The position numbers and the translations under genes are program-made. Shown piece by piece: positions 23,671-37,029 of a stretch of 59,493 nucleotides of DNA (the first letter of the stretch is position 1; every line of letters starts with the position of its first letter). The notes beneath the pieces are model-generated. The model saw only the letters and a list, made by a program, of their open reading frames with translations. It was not told where the DNA came from and ran no database searches. The stretch comes from Nemertoderma westbladi (taxonomy: Eukaryota > Animalia > Xenacoelomorpha), in assembly GCA_032718475.1 (NCBI GenBank), contig JAUCBJ010003235.1, positions 1 through 59,493 on the forward strand, read 5' to 3'.

Positions 23671-24553
23671 GGGTAATTCCATCCAAATTCGACCAATCGC
23701 GGTGGCATGGGGTCATCAATTTCGTTTATTTTTGGATATATGGTCGGAAATGGTACAAAATGACACCTGATGAAATATTTCTGATGATGGTGTATTGGTT
23801 TTCGAGATATTGCTGTTCAAAGTTTGCGATTTATTCGAACATATCCCCAATGAAACCCATAGAAAATCTTTCTGACTAGTGGGTGGAGTGTCATTTTATG
23901 TTTATTGTACACATAAATAGGTCTCATACACATTAAAACCATGAATAAATACCACCCACTTGTCAGACCAACTTTTCTATATGGTCAAAGATTGGACTTT
24001 TCGACAAATTTTGTCTTTTTGAGGCTTGAATTAGAGTGGTCTGATTAGTGGGTAGCCCAATACATTTAGTAAATAGTTAGATATACCAAAGGGGGGTTCT
24101 GTGGTACATGAAAATTGTACCACAGAACCCCCCTTTGGTATATCTAACTATTTACTAAATGTTTTGGGCTACCCACTAATCAGACCACTCTAATTCAAGC
24201 CTCAAAAATACAAAATTTGTCGAAAAGTCCAATCTTTGGCCACATAGAAAAGTTGGTCTGACAAGTGGGTGGTATTTATTCATGGTTTTAATGTGTATGA
24301 GACCTATTTATGTGTACAATAAACATAAAATGACACTCCACCCACTAGTCAGAAAGATTTTCTATAGGTTTCATTGGGGATATGTTCGAATAAATCGCAA
24401 ACTTTGAACAGCAATATCTCGAAAACCAATACACCATCATCAGAAATATTTCATCAGGTGTCATTTTGTACCATTTCCGACCATATATCCAAAAATAAAC
24501 GAAATTGATGACCCCATGCCACCGCGATTGGTCGAATTTGGATGGAATTACCC
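23671..24553. mobile_element. 883-bp near-perfect palindromic foldback element, possibly non-autonomous Sola2-like
   Basis: Arms of about 438 bp around a 7-nt loop (24109-24115); GGG...CCC termini; GGTA duplicated on both flanks (4-bp TSD). Confidence 0.88.
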
Positions 24554-25108
24554 GGTAGTATTCTACGTTCTATTGTAATGTAATACCGGTAATGTAAAAC
24601 TAAAGCAGAAAAGGTCTTACTGCAGTACTGTCTTACTTAAAAGTCAAATAAATGGTACCATCCAGCCATCCGATAAACTAAACCAGTAAACTGTACTCTC
24701 AGCAGCTCAGGCTGTCAGGTGAAGTCGTAGTGTAAGGATGTCTTGTCCTTGTTAGCTTGTCTAAGTCAGTAAGTGCGAGGTTATCATTCACAGTCCTGCA
24801 GTCAGACAATACTGCAATATTGACTGTTGACTGAGCGTGTGTCTGATTAGTGCCTCCCAGCCTCCCCCACATAAGGCAGTTGGCAGTTACTGAGTTATTC
24901 AAAATTTTCTAACCTGCCTTTAGTGCCTTTCCGTTTCCCTTCCCTGATCAGCCTGTCAGCTGATCCTAACTCAGTAACTCTTAAAATCGACATTAGGCCT
25001 ACATTTAATTGTAATTACTTACACGTCTGCACGTGGTGTTTGGTCCACCAGACATTGATGTGTGGCTATCAGTTTTATTGTTGAAATTGTGTTTAGTTGC
25101 ATAATAAT

Positions 25109-27941
25109 CAGTCGGTGATATAGGCGATTTTGGACTTATTCCAATTTTGGAACTTTGTGCGAGGGTAGATTCCGAAATCGGAATACACTCCAAAATTGGA
25201 CTTTTCTAAATAAAAAAAAATATTTTAAAGTCCAGTAAGTATATTTCCATCATAAATTCTATCATTTTTCAATAAATATATGATTTTTGTGCCAAATTCA
25301 TTATTCTGTTATTCATACCATGCTTTTGCAGAAATGTATTCATACATTCCAAAATTGGACTTTGTTTGCAGAGATGCTATGGAGGATGACTGCTGTAACA
25401 CTAGTAACAAGGTACAGGGGTCCGACCATGCAGGCATGACTTGAGCTGTACCCTGTACAGTACAGCACAGTTCTACGCTAGACTGCTAGAAGCACAGCTG
25501 CAGCTAGACCCTAGACCAAGCAGCAGCTTGGTCTATTGGTGACATTCCTGGGCTTCCAATTAGGAAGCCCTGTTTCGATCCCTAGGTGGGGCACGCCAGC
25601 CTGGGCATGGTGCACGGGAGCAGTACTTTTTGAGCACAGCTGCACAGTGCTTTAAATGCTTCAGCCTAGACCAACCCTAGCTTTCATCCTTGTGATGTGA
25701 GTGGTCGATAAATGGGAACAAAGGCAACTTTCGAAAACATAATGGAAGAGGTTTACTATAGAATATCATCCATGGTGGTGAACAGGCATTCCTTGGCTTA
25801 ATGAGCCTAAAAAGATTATCCCATTCAATCAGTCAATATCATGAATTGGGGTGTTAGCTATGATGGAAAATAAATAGACCTCTTAATCGTTTCAATATAT
25901 TGTTTTAGTGTCTCATGCGCTCCGCGAAGGCCTTTGAACCGTTTCAACAGATTGTTTCAGTATCTCAGATACTCCGCGAACACGAAGGTATCTTAAACGT
26001 TTCAACAGTTTGTTACACAATGTTGGAGTACGCCACGTGCTGCGCGAAGGTCTCTTAAACGTTTCAACAGCTTGTTACACAATCTCACAGTGCGCCACGT
26101 GCTGCGCGAAGGTCTCTTAAACATTTGAACAGATTGTTACACAATGTTACAGTGCGCCACGTGCTGCGCGAAGGTCTCTTAAACATTTGAACAGCTTGTA
26201 CACAATGTCACAGTGCGCCACGTGCTGCGCGAAGGTCTCTCAAACGTTTCAACAGATTGTTACACAATGTTACAGTAAGCCACGTGCTGCGCGAAGGTCT
26301 CTTAAACATTTGAACAGCTTGTTACACAATGTTACAGTGCGCCACGTGCTGCGCGAAGGTCTCCCAAACGTTTCAACATATTGTTACACAATGTTACAGT
26401 AAGCCACGTGCTGCGCGAAGGTCTCTTAAACGTTTCAACAGCTTGTTACACAATCTTACAGTGCGCCACGTGCTGCGCAAAGGTCTCTTAAACATTTGAA
26501 CAGATTGTTACACAATGTTACAGTGCGCCACGTGCTGCGCGAAGGTCTCTTAAACATTTGAACAGCTTGTTACACAATGTTACAGTGCGCCACGTGCTGC
26601 GCGAAGGTCTCTCAAACGTTTCAACAGATTGTTACACATTGTTACAGTAAGCCACGTGCTGCGCGAAGGTCTCTTAAACATTTGAACAGCTTGTTACACA
26701 ATGTTACAGTGCGCCACGTGCTGCGCGAAGGTCTCTCAAACGTTTCAACATATTGTTACACAATGTTACAGTAAGCCACGTGCTGCGCGAAGGTCTCTTA
26801 AACATCTGAACAGCTTGTTACACAATGTTACAGTGCGCCACGTGCTGCGCGAAGGTCTCTCAAACGTTTCAACATATTGTTACACAATGTTACAGTAAGC
26901 CACGTGCTGCGCGAAGGTCTCTTAAACATTTGAACAGCTTGTTACACAATGTTACAGTACGCCACATTCTGAGCGAAGGTCTCTTAAACTTTTCAACAGA
27001 TTGCTACAGTTCTCCACATGCTGCGCGAAGGTCTCTAAAACGTTCCAACAGATTGTTACAATGTTACAGCAAGCCACGTGCTCCGTGAATGTCTCTTAAA
27101 CGTTTCAACAGTTTGTTACACAATGTTGGAGTACTCCACGTGCTGCGCGAAGGTCTCTTAAACTTTTCAACAGATTGTTACAGTTCTCCACATGCTGCGC
27201 GAAGGTCTCAAACGTTTTAACATATTGTTTCAGTATTTCACATACTGCGCGAAGGTCTCTCAAACGTTTCATCAGATTGTTACACAATGTTACAGTATCG
27301 CATGTGCTGCATGAAGGTCTCTTAAACGTTTCAACAGATTGTTACAGTGTCCCACATGCTGCACGAAGGTCTCTTAAACGTTTCAATGGATTGTTTCAGT
27401 ATCTCACATATTGCGTGAAGGACATGGAAGGTATCTTAATCATTTCAACAGATTGTTACAGTTCTAGTTTTTAAAATCTATTTACGTATGTACATTGACA
27501 AAGTGAAACAAAATAGAGTGCTGGAGTAAATAAGATAAATTTCATTCAGAAAGACAACTGTGGACTTAAAGTGCTAAGTGCTGCTATGTGCTGTTCAATA
27601 GAAACAATACGCTACCCATTCTGCCATTTTACTGCAGTGTACTGTACGTACAGTGTAGTACAGTAGTATAGTGCTGATGTCCAAAATTGGATGCGCAAAA
27701 CTTTAAATGTCAGTTGTCTTTGTGGTGCACCGTGAAATTTTCTCGTGCACGGTTAAAACTCTTATTTTGTAGTAAAGAACATGTAGGTTAAATTTCAGAT
27801 CCCGTCTGAAAAAATTGTAGGCCGTGGAAAATTCACTGTAATTCATATCAAAATTAATTCCGATATTGGAATGGAAGTCCAATTTTGACTTGGCAAGTTC
27901 CAAAATTGGATCAAGTCCAAAATCGCCTATATCACCGATTG
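25109..27941. mobile_element. Non-autonomous hAT-like element carrying a satellite and a SINE fragment
   Basis: TIRs CAGTCGGTGATATAGGCGATTTTGGACTT / AAGTCCAAAATCGCCTATATCACCGATTG; subterminal CCAAAATTGGA repeats; 8-bp TSD ATAATAAT once the next element is removed. Confidence 0.8.
25885..27465. repeat. 62-bp satellite with a 124-bp dimeric higher-order repeat
   Basis: Unit GCGCCACGTGCTGCGCGAAGGTCTCTTAAACATTTGAACAGATTGTTACACAATGTTACAGT; near-identical ORFs recur at 124-bp spacing (26577, 26701, 26825). Confidence 0.95.
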
Positions 27942-27945
27942 ATAA

Positions 27946-29932
27946 TGGGTCCTACTAAATACTACAAAAAGCACAAAAAAGCACAAAAAAAGTCAAGAAA
28001 AGCACAAAAAAGCACAAAAAGTAAAAAAAGCATGAAAAAAGTAAAAAAAGCACAAAAAAGCAACCTGATATCTGTTTATTGAGCTTGTAAATTACAAGTT
28101 GTAATAGAACAGATGATAGAAGCAATGTCATGTAGTACAGTAGTGTCTAGCTAGGCACCGGTAGGATAATCCCATGTATAGTACATATATCAGTATATGC
28201 TTTCATCTGTTCATGGCATGTACAGTATAGCTGCCAGTGAGTGAGTACCAGCCAGCCAGCACGACCAGAGCACTTACATCTGTACCACGATGGGGGGGGG
28301 GGGGGGGGTTGCCTTTCTTGTTCCATGCTTTTTTTCTTTTTTTTGTGCTTTTTTTTACCCTTTTTGTGCTTTTTTGTGCTTTTTATGTGCTTTTCTTGAC
28401 TTTTTTGTGCTTTTTTTTGCGGTCCGACCTGCCGACGATTCTGTACAAAAAAGTAGAAAAAAATACAAAATAGTACAATATAGTCTGATAGTACCTACAA
28501 AATAGTACAATAAAGTGCAAAAATAGTACAAAAGAGTGCAAAAATAGTACAAAAGAGTACATACGAGTGAGAAACGCATACAAAACGTGTATACCAGTGT
28601 AGTATACAGTTATACACTACACTGCTACATGCACTTCTGCACTACACTTGTATACAAATATAGTTAATTGTAAGCAAATGCAACTGCAGAACTGCGTTGA
28701 AATATCAGAATATGCGCCGCTCCGCTACCAGCAGACCAGGCTGCAAATGGAGTGCAAAAATCGCAACGCGTTGTGCGCGGTTTTGAAATAGTGCGCGGAA
28801 TTGAAATAAAAGTGCGCGGAATTGTGTGAAAAACACCATAAGTGCGCGGTAATCTGTGCAAAATAGTAGGCCTAAAAGTCAAAGTGCGCGGATAATGTGT
28901 AAAAAAGTTATAAATGTGCGCAAAACTGCAATTTAATGAGAAAAATAACTAGCCATAAAAAATTTCACTCGCTTCGCTCGCGTTTCTTTTCCATTTTGCA
29001 TTGTTAAAATAAAAAAATTTCGCTCGCTTCGCTCGCGTTTTTTTCATTTTAGACCTACTGACCTATACAATACATGCAGACATGCTACATATAAAAGTTA
29101 AAAATTTCACACGCATCGCTCGGGCTGTCGGGTTTCGTTTTCATTTTACATTGTTAAAACGAAAAATTTCGCTCATGTTTTTTTTTCATTTTGCATTGCT
29201 TAAATTTATTTTTTTATTTCTTTAGGCATGTTAGGCCTACGTTAATAAATACCGGTAATACTTTATTTATTAATTTATTTATTTATTCGTATGTTTGTGT
29301 GAATTGAATTGTTTTTCAGCTTGGTGTGCGCGGTTTAGTGGTGGTTTGCAGCCTGGCTCCGCTACAGTGTCAATAGCGGCATTCTGGCATTGGTTCTGTG
29401 GTCAAGTATGAAATGATTGATAGACAGATAGAACTTTGATTCATGTGGATTTCGACTGGCATACCGGTACAGTAAAAGTTAGTAGGCTACTTTTCGTATA
29501 ATACAATATAATGCAATATGGTACATACATACTACAGTACTATGCAGTATACTATATACGCTATATAAACACATATAACTGAGAATCAAAATGTAGGTCA
29601 TAGTCTTATGTCTTAAAGTATGCTACCGGTAGCCCATATACCTGTATACTGAAGGATAGACTGTATGCCAGTATGCTACGTCTAGACTACGTTATGCAGT
29701 TATGTAGGCTATGTACGGTCGGTAACGGTATGTCTGTATGTATGCCGATGCCTCTATCTAGCAATTTTATTGAGTTCTTTTATTGAGTTGCACTCTTTTG
29801 TACTATTTTTGCACTTTATTGTACTCTTTTGTACTTTATTGTATTTTTTGTACTTTTTTTTACAGATTCGTCGGACCCCTTTTTTGTGCTTTTCTTGACT
29901 TTTGTGCTTTTTGTAGTATTTAGTAGGACCCC
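27946..29932. mobile_element. Non-autonomous TIR element (GGG...CCC ends, 4-bp TSD ATAA, possibly Sola2-like) with A-rich subterminal repeats
   Basis: GGGTCCTACTAAATACTACAAAAAGCACAAAA matches its reverse complement ending at 29931. Confidence 0.75.
28736..29356. mobile_element. Small TIR element nested in the previous one
   Basis: CCAGGCTGCAAA / TTTGCAGCCTGG; subterminal GTGCGCGG repeats; CTCCGCTA present near both flanks. Confidence 0.6.
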
Positions 29933-30544
29933 ATAATAATTAGTAGTTAGTTAATTTTGCACAAATGTTATAAAGTTATTATAAAGTTTGTATTAATGTT
30001 GGAAAACAGAGAAACTTCCACGTCCTCTAAATCCATCAGATGTCAGTGTCCGCATTGGCTATGAGAATGGTGGCCCCTGTATGGAATCCATCCAAAAAGT
30101 GCGCTGGATAGCACGCTGATGCAATTTCGAAGCAAACCCCGCGCCAATGAAATTTTTTAAGCGCACCGCACATTGAAACAATTTTGAAGAGTGCTGCACC
30201 AATACAATTCAATTTTGAAGGAGCAGAGGAGTGTAACCATAATCTGCCAAAGTCAGTACTGCTGTACCTGTCCCGTACCTGTTCAGCAGTAACCATACAT
30301 GAGCCGAATTTTTTTTAACAGCTGATGCAATTTTTAAGGCACTTCTGTAATTGTTAAACCATAAATCGGCGCCGGTTTTTATTTTTGGTAGCGCCAAAGG
30401 TGAAAGGCTGCGCATTTTACGATTTTCGAGCGCGCCACGCGCCACATTGTTGTTTTTTTATTTATTTGCGCCTTTATTGTAGCGTATGGTATGGCATCAA
30501 AATGTATGTATTCCAGTCTGGTGGTGGCCTCGCAGTGGACTGGT

Positions 30545-31830
30545 TGATGGTGAGCGGAGTGTGCATCTCGGAGGCACATTAGGCTGTTAGGGTGGCATGG
30601 AGGAGAGCGAAGCTCACTTCCCGACGAACCCAGCAGAGCAGACACCTGAATAAGCTGTCTTGCGCTTCTCCAACAGGAGTATTCCAAGGCATTTGATAAA
30701 CTGGGTCGTCGTGGGGGAGTCCGTCGGGGAGAGTCCACCAAATGCAGAAAAAATCGAAGGCGTGAAGGTGGCGAGCTCGATCTCACGTACCTGTTCCTCG
30801 TAGTGGTTGCGCTTGTGGGCCTCATGGTGTAGGACAGGTGGGCAGACTCGAGGGTCATCAGGTCATGGCAGCATTCGATTGAGCCAGGGGATTGAATACC
30901 GAGGCATCAAGGAAAGTCTTTTGGCAGTTTGGTAATGAGATACCCCAAACCCACAACAGGACACGTCAAGGCGACCCTGTTGGTCAGTGGAGGTGGAGCA
31001 ATGGCTGAATTGCTCACCAGTGACTGGGTGCAAGTGCGGCTCAACAGCAACATTGTGAGTTATTTCGGTCAGCACTCAGGGTGTTGCAAAGAAGACACCG
31101 ACTTAGTTATGGTGGATAGAAGGGTGGACACCTGTGGGACACTACAAAGCATGATTGATGGAAAATCGCGTCACACAGGCACGCTGGGCGGGAGAAGTCA
31201 TAGCTGTCAACTGAAGCGCAGGCACAAACAGACAAAGCATCACGGAACTCCTGTTTGTTCAGATGGGTCGAGAGTTCAACCAGGATGATGCATCCTTCTA
31301 TGAGTTCAGCTCCTGAAGTTGTAGTTGGTTCTGCTGGTCTGGGGGCAGTGTTATCATAAGTGCTTCCTCCTTCACTGTTAGCTGGACTGCTTCCACTGCC
31401 TTTATCCCCTTTATGGCTTACTCCTGTGCTTTCCTAACATCTGTCAGTCTGTTGATCAAATTGGTTGAATGGCTCGCATAATGACCGAGAGTTATCAAAC
31501 TGCGTCACCAGGTCGCCTGGGAGTGGCACTGCCAACCCTCCAAGTCGCACAGGTTGACAGTTGAGGTAGTGTATAGGGACATGAGGATCCGTTCCGTGGG
31601 GCTAACAGCATCCTCAAGTTCTCCAAACAGCATGGTCTCCCCTGATACTACCCAAGAGATGTAACGCCACAGGGCCGACAACCCTAGAGCAAGACCAGCA
31701 TAGGCATAGTGGGGGTCATTGGTGGCTATGAATTCCAGCTGTTTGATGTGTTGGATGAACTCTGTGACCTTGTGCTGAATAAACTCGACCCGGAACTCGT
31801 CATTCCTAATTACACCTCCAATTAGAGGTG
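30545..31830 (-). pseudogene. Decayed CRE-clade non-LTR retrotransposon (RT C-terminus, zinc-knuckle remnant, restriction-like endonuclease)
   Basis: IGGVI..EF..EFI..KV.EF...PHYAYAGL..GL..W.Y; VAVEPHL.PVTGE...RLDV..GF; HEAHKR.HY...E..TFTP.IFS..GG. Confidence 0.75.
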
Positions 31831-31959
31831 TACATAATACAGTAATAATATTATTATTGTTACATTGATTGGAAGCTTTCCTGCAATGGCAGTTGCTACG
31901 TGTTCCGCGTAAAGTACAGGAGCAACATGTCAGCATGTGGCACCATCCAATAACTGTCA

Positions 31960-33010
31960 GTGTCATGGGAATAACCGACATAAACATAAGACTGACCAAT
32001 AGAATTGTGACCAGAGTTACCCAAGACCAAGATTGAATGACAACGCAATGACTGATTACAAACTGACTGACACCAGACTGACAGACACCAGACTGAGCAA
32101 CACTCGACTGACTCACCACAGACTGACAAACATCGGAATTACTGACCCCAGGCAGTCCAACACCAGTCTGACCAACACTGGGATGACTGATACCGGACTG
32201 ACTGACATCAGAATGACCAACTCTGGGCAGACTGACAAAGACCAGACTGGCCAAGACTAGACTGACCAAGACCAGAGTGACCAACACCATAATGACTAAT
32301 ACCAGAGTGACCAGACTAACCGACACCAGGCTGACCAACTCCGGACTGCCTGACCCCAGACTGACCAACACCGGAATGACTGAGACAGCCTGACCAACAC
32401 CTGATTGATCGCCTGACCAAACACCGGAATTACTGACCACATACTGACAAACACCGGAATTACTGACCCCAGGCAGTCCAACACCAGACTGGCTGGTACC
32501 AGACTGACCAACACCGGAATGACTGACACCAGACTGACCAACTCAGGAATTACTTACATCAGACTGACAGATACCAGACTGACCAACACAAGGCTGACTG
32601 ACACCAGACTGACCAACACCGGAGTGACTCACATCAGATTGACAAGACTCATGAGTCATGAACACCGACTGAGGAAAACCTGAATGAATGACACCAGACT
32701 GACCGACACCAGACTGACCAACACCGAAATGACTCACACCAGACTGAGCGACACAAGACTGACCAACACCGGAATGACTCACACCAGACTGGTCGACACA
32801 AGACTGAGTAAAACCGGAATGAATGACAACCAGACTGACCACCCCCAGTATGACTGACCACAGAATGACCAACACCGGAATAACTGACACCAGACTGGCT
32901 GCCACCAGACTGACTAACACCAGACTGACCGACACAAGACTGACCAACTCCAGCCAGACTGACTGACTCACGACTGAACCCAATCAGACTGACTGACACC
33001 AGCCGGTCTG
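31960..33010. repeat. Degenerate 15/30-bp minisatellite (CAGACTGACCAACAC / CGGAATGACTGACAC)
   Basis: Direct reading. Confidence 0.85.
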
Positions 33011-34466
33011 ACTTCCAAATTCTGGAAAGCAGTAGTTCTTAATTTTTTACCAGTTAACTGGCTGTCAATCTCTGAGAGTACCATAGTCTACCTCCATTAT
33101 TACCTATTATTTTATTATTACATATTACTTAGTCCTTCTCTATCTGTCTATCTCTTTACTGTTTCTATGTAGTTCTTTATTAGCAGATTAGACCAGGTTA
33201 ATCATTATGGGTACAAAGTTCATTGTCCATTGTACAATAAGGAAGTACATGATTACGCGACAGGATGGGGAAGGTAGTATTTATGCAAACATAATAATTC
33301 CTCGTTCCCTACTACTCTACTGTACTAGGCCTATAGAAAGCCTACCGCTTTCGACAGTTTAATTTTGCAGTTTCTTCCCACTCAAACAGTTACTGGGACC
33401 GTACTTCAGTACCGGTACCGCACTGTTCTTCTACAAAATATTTATATTTATATTTATATATATAATTATATTATTTATTAATTTTTAAACAAAAAATATA
33501 TATTTTTGTATATGTGTTTAACATCCATAGATTGTATAAATTATAAGTATTAAACAGGACTAAGCATTTTTTCAGCTCCATTTTGCTATAGAGTTGGATC
33601 ATCCTTAGTCCTTTTTAATTACTTATAATATATTTTTTTTTTATTTATATACTTTATTTATTACTTTTATGAACTGAGATGTTTGCCAATTTTACCACAA
33701 TCATGGTGTAATTTCAATAATAATATTATTATTTTTAATATTTATTTATATATATATAGGCCTACAGATTTTGTTCCCATCCAAATAACTCAAACAATTA
33801 GTGAGATATTAAATATAACTATGCTGCTATGACGGTCTTCGCCACCGAGTTCTGGCAGTGTGGCTGGCGTTGTAAAATATTTCGGTTTAAATTGTTGGAA
33901 TTATGCATTTAAATTGTAATTTTATTTTTACTTACAAACGGTTGCATTGAAAATTTTCGTTTTAATTTTCGTTATTAATCATTATATTGGTACCTTTAGG
34001 GTGATAAAGATTGCCTAACGAGCCTTAGATTCCAAGCTGCCAAGCATTCCAAATACCGAAATATGTTAAAATGACGGAATTTTGTTGAGATAAGGAGGCT
34101 CGGTGGTTCGAAAGTTGCATATTTTTTCATATACAGTAGGCTAAGCAGCTAAGGCTACCCTATTTTATTTTTATTGCCAAACATTGTTGAACAGGACATA
34201 TACAGATTTAGGACTTTTTTCAATTTTTCTAATATTTTTATTATTCTTTATAATAATGTTCTAGAATGTGTTGTACCTTGTAAAGATATAGCCCCACGCT
34301 TTGTAGTCGTTCTTAACTTGAAAGGATATACTGGTATTCACATACAATTACCATACAATACGTTCGTACGTAGGCCTATATAAATTGTACAAAATTATGC
34401 GTGTATTACATACATACATAGCCTACTTTTACATAACTACAACCGATCTATTTTAGGCCTATGTAT

Positions 34467-35508
34467 TAGGGTTGTCCAAAATTTATCGAAAATCGATAAT
34501 CGATCGAAAATAATGTCGATAATAATCGATCGAAATTTTTTTTCATTTGAAATGATTTGCGATTAATTTTTCACTATTACAATATCAAACATTTTTACAA
34601 AAATTCTTCAAATACTGTTTTTAATTAATATTATTTTTCCGTAAATGGGTGTAAATGTTAAAATTTTGGAATAAAACTTAAGGTACTAAGAATATTCTAA
34701 AACTCATATCTGCATTTGTACTCTCTCAATCCATTCATTATCAATTTTAATGTGAGGCGAGCCATGAAACGAGCGAAGCCATAGCATAGGGGTGCCATTA
34801 AAGAGTTATCTGTCGTCGTCGTCCAATTTTGATCGCTAATAAGTCTGTCATTCCATGATAAAATTAAACCAAACTTAGTACCTATATATATAGTCCGTCA
34901 AAAGGTTAGAAAGAATCTGAAGTTTGGTCAAAAAAACACACAGTCTGTCTGTAGTTTCACACATTTTAATTTTATAAAAACGGAAATAAGTCGGTAAAAC
35001 ATTAATGAAAATAATCCAAACTTGGTACACATGTAAGTAAATAAGTAGCTATAAAGTATAGAACCAACCAGCAGATCCATCTGAAATTTGGTAGAAATGA
35101 CCTATGAACATTAAGGGTTTATTAATAATTTTGCTTACCAACAGACTAGGCTAAGTCAGTTCATCTGACGGTCCCGTGGTGGCGTATTGAAAATATAAAC
35201 AAGTATTCGGATTACATCTTCAGGGGTTATTTGAGTCTCGTGCTGCGCGAAGGCCCCACGAACGTGTATCAAACCTCAACAAAACTCAACAGCAAACAAA
35301 TTGCAAAGTGCCACTTCACACACATAAATTTTTTGAAATATGAAACATTATCTTTTTTACAAAGAAAATTTTTCTATTAGTAACCAATAAATTATTGAAA
35401 TCTTTTTATATTTTTTTTACATTGGTAATAATCGAAAATCATCGATAATCGATCGAAAATTTCCTAAAATCGATCGAAGAATTTTGTAAATTTCGATGGA
35501 CAACGCTA
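34467..35508. mobile_element. hAT-like MITE with 8-bp TSD CTATGTAT
   Basis: TAGGGTTGTCCA / TGGACAACGCTA termini; ATCGAT subterminal repeats; CTATGTAT at 34459-34466 and 35509-35516. Confidence 0.88.
34752..35272 (+). mobile_element. Non-autonomous Helentron/DINE-like element nested in the MITE (related copy at about 49563-49950)
   Basis: Both copies have GGCGAGCCA, TAGCATAG, a GTC microsatellite, internal AAA.TTGGTACAC motifs and end in TCGTGCTGCGCGAAGG..CCA.GAACG. The family assignment is inferred from architecture. Confidence 0.55.
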
Positions 35509-35620
35509 CTATGTATAGAATTTAGGTGTTATTTGTTTGGAATTTAAGTGAATCATATAGACTTTCTGACACCCTTTCTCTGCATTTGGCCCTGGTGAAG
35601 TGATCAGTTCGATCGACACC

Positions 35621-36758
35621 ATGACAGCCCACGAGAAAACGTCAGAAAGAGACGGCCGCTCTTCCAGCTCGTCCGTCCCAGCCAAACTCCAACAATGCAC
35701 AGTGATGCTACTAGATGGTACGGATCACGTTACGGAGGTCAGCAAGAAAGCCATCGGAAGCGAGCTCTTTGATAAACTCTGTCAGAAGTTAAATCTTCTC
35801 GAGAAGGACTACTTCGGACTGCAGTACCGAGACAATCAAGACCAGCGCTACTGGTTGGATCTAAGCAAGGAGATTCGCAAGCAGGTTAAAGGCGGTCATA
35901 TGTTGTTCTCTTTCAACGTTAAGTTCTACCCCATCGAACCCGCCAACCTACAAGAAGATATAACCCGTTACTTCCTAACGCTGCAGATACGCGATGATAT
36001 TCTCAAGTCGCGACTGCCTTGCTCGTTCGTCACCCATGCGCTACTCGGTTCCTTCATCGCACAGTCGGAGCTGGGCGATTACGACCCTGAGGAACACAAA
36101 GGGAACTACCTGAGCGAGTTCCGCTTCGCGCCCAACCAGAGTTCCGAGCTGGAGGAGAAAGTCATGGAGTTGCATCGCACGCACAAGGGGCAGACCCCGG
36201 AGGAATCGGAGATGCACTACCTGGAGAACGCGAAGAAGCTCGCGATGTACGGGGTTGACCTGCATTACGCGAAGGATAGCGAAGGTGTTGATATAATGAT
36301 GGGTGTCTGCGCCAGCGGGGTCCTCATTTACCGCGATCGTCTTCGTATAAACCGATTCGCTTGGCCTAAAATCCTCAAGCTCGCCTACAAACGCAACAAC
36401 TTCTACATCAAGATTCGCCCGGGCGATCTCGAGCAGTTCGAGTCGACTATCGGCTTTAAGTTAGCCAATCACAAGGCGGCTAAGCGGCTCTGGAAGGTCT
36501 GCGTGGAGCACCATACGTTCTTCCGGTTGACGTGTCCCACGGAGCCGCGTAAGAGCGGCACATTGCCGATGCCCTCAATGGGCTCCAAGTTCCGGTTCAG
36601 CGGTCGCACCCAGTACCAGACGCTGCAACAGGCCCAGACGATAGACCGCGTGCCGCCCGATGTGTCCAGGGCGCCGACCAAGAAGCAGCAGACCCAGAGT
36701 CTAGACAGAGAGCCGCACCGCGGCGAAGGGGACAACTCAGTCGCCAAACCCGCAGCAT
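35621..36758 (+). CDS. EPB41: Protein 4.1 / coracle family, coding exon 1 (entire FERM and FERM-adjacent domain)
   Basis: ACC-ATG start; [75 protein letters not shown]; gtgagt donor (phase 1). Confidence 0.95.
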
Positions 36759-37029
36759 GTGAGTTACTTCGATATATTTTATTTATTCCCTTTAGAACTA
36801 CCTTTTTATCCCCGCCATATGATCGATCTTTGCTTTCATTATTGTTCCGTTTTGATTGATAGGCCTAGTAAGATATTATTATACCGGAATCATGTATATT
36901 CTATTTCTTTTGTAAATTTTTGTACGTATCACTAAAAAATTGATATTATCGCAATCTTTATCGAAACACATTTAATTAGTTGATCAACCCTCAAAATATA
37001 TCATCAAATATAAAATATAATCAAATAAA

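Noticed and set aside
31896-32999. Ser/Val/Gly/Gln-rich ORFs
   Set aside because: Translation of a degenerate 15-bp minisatellite.
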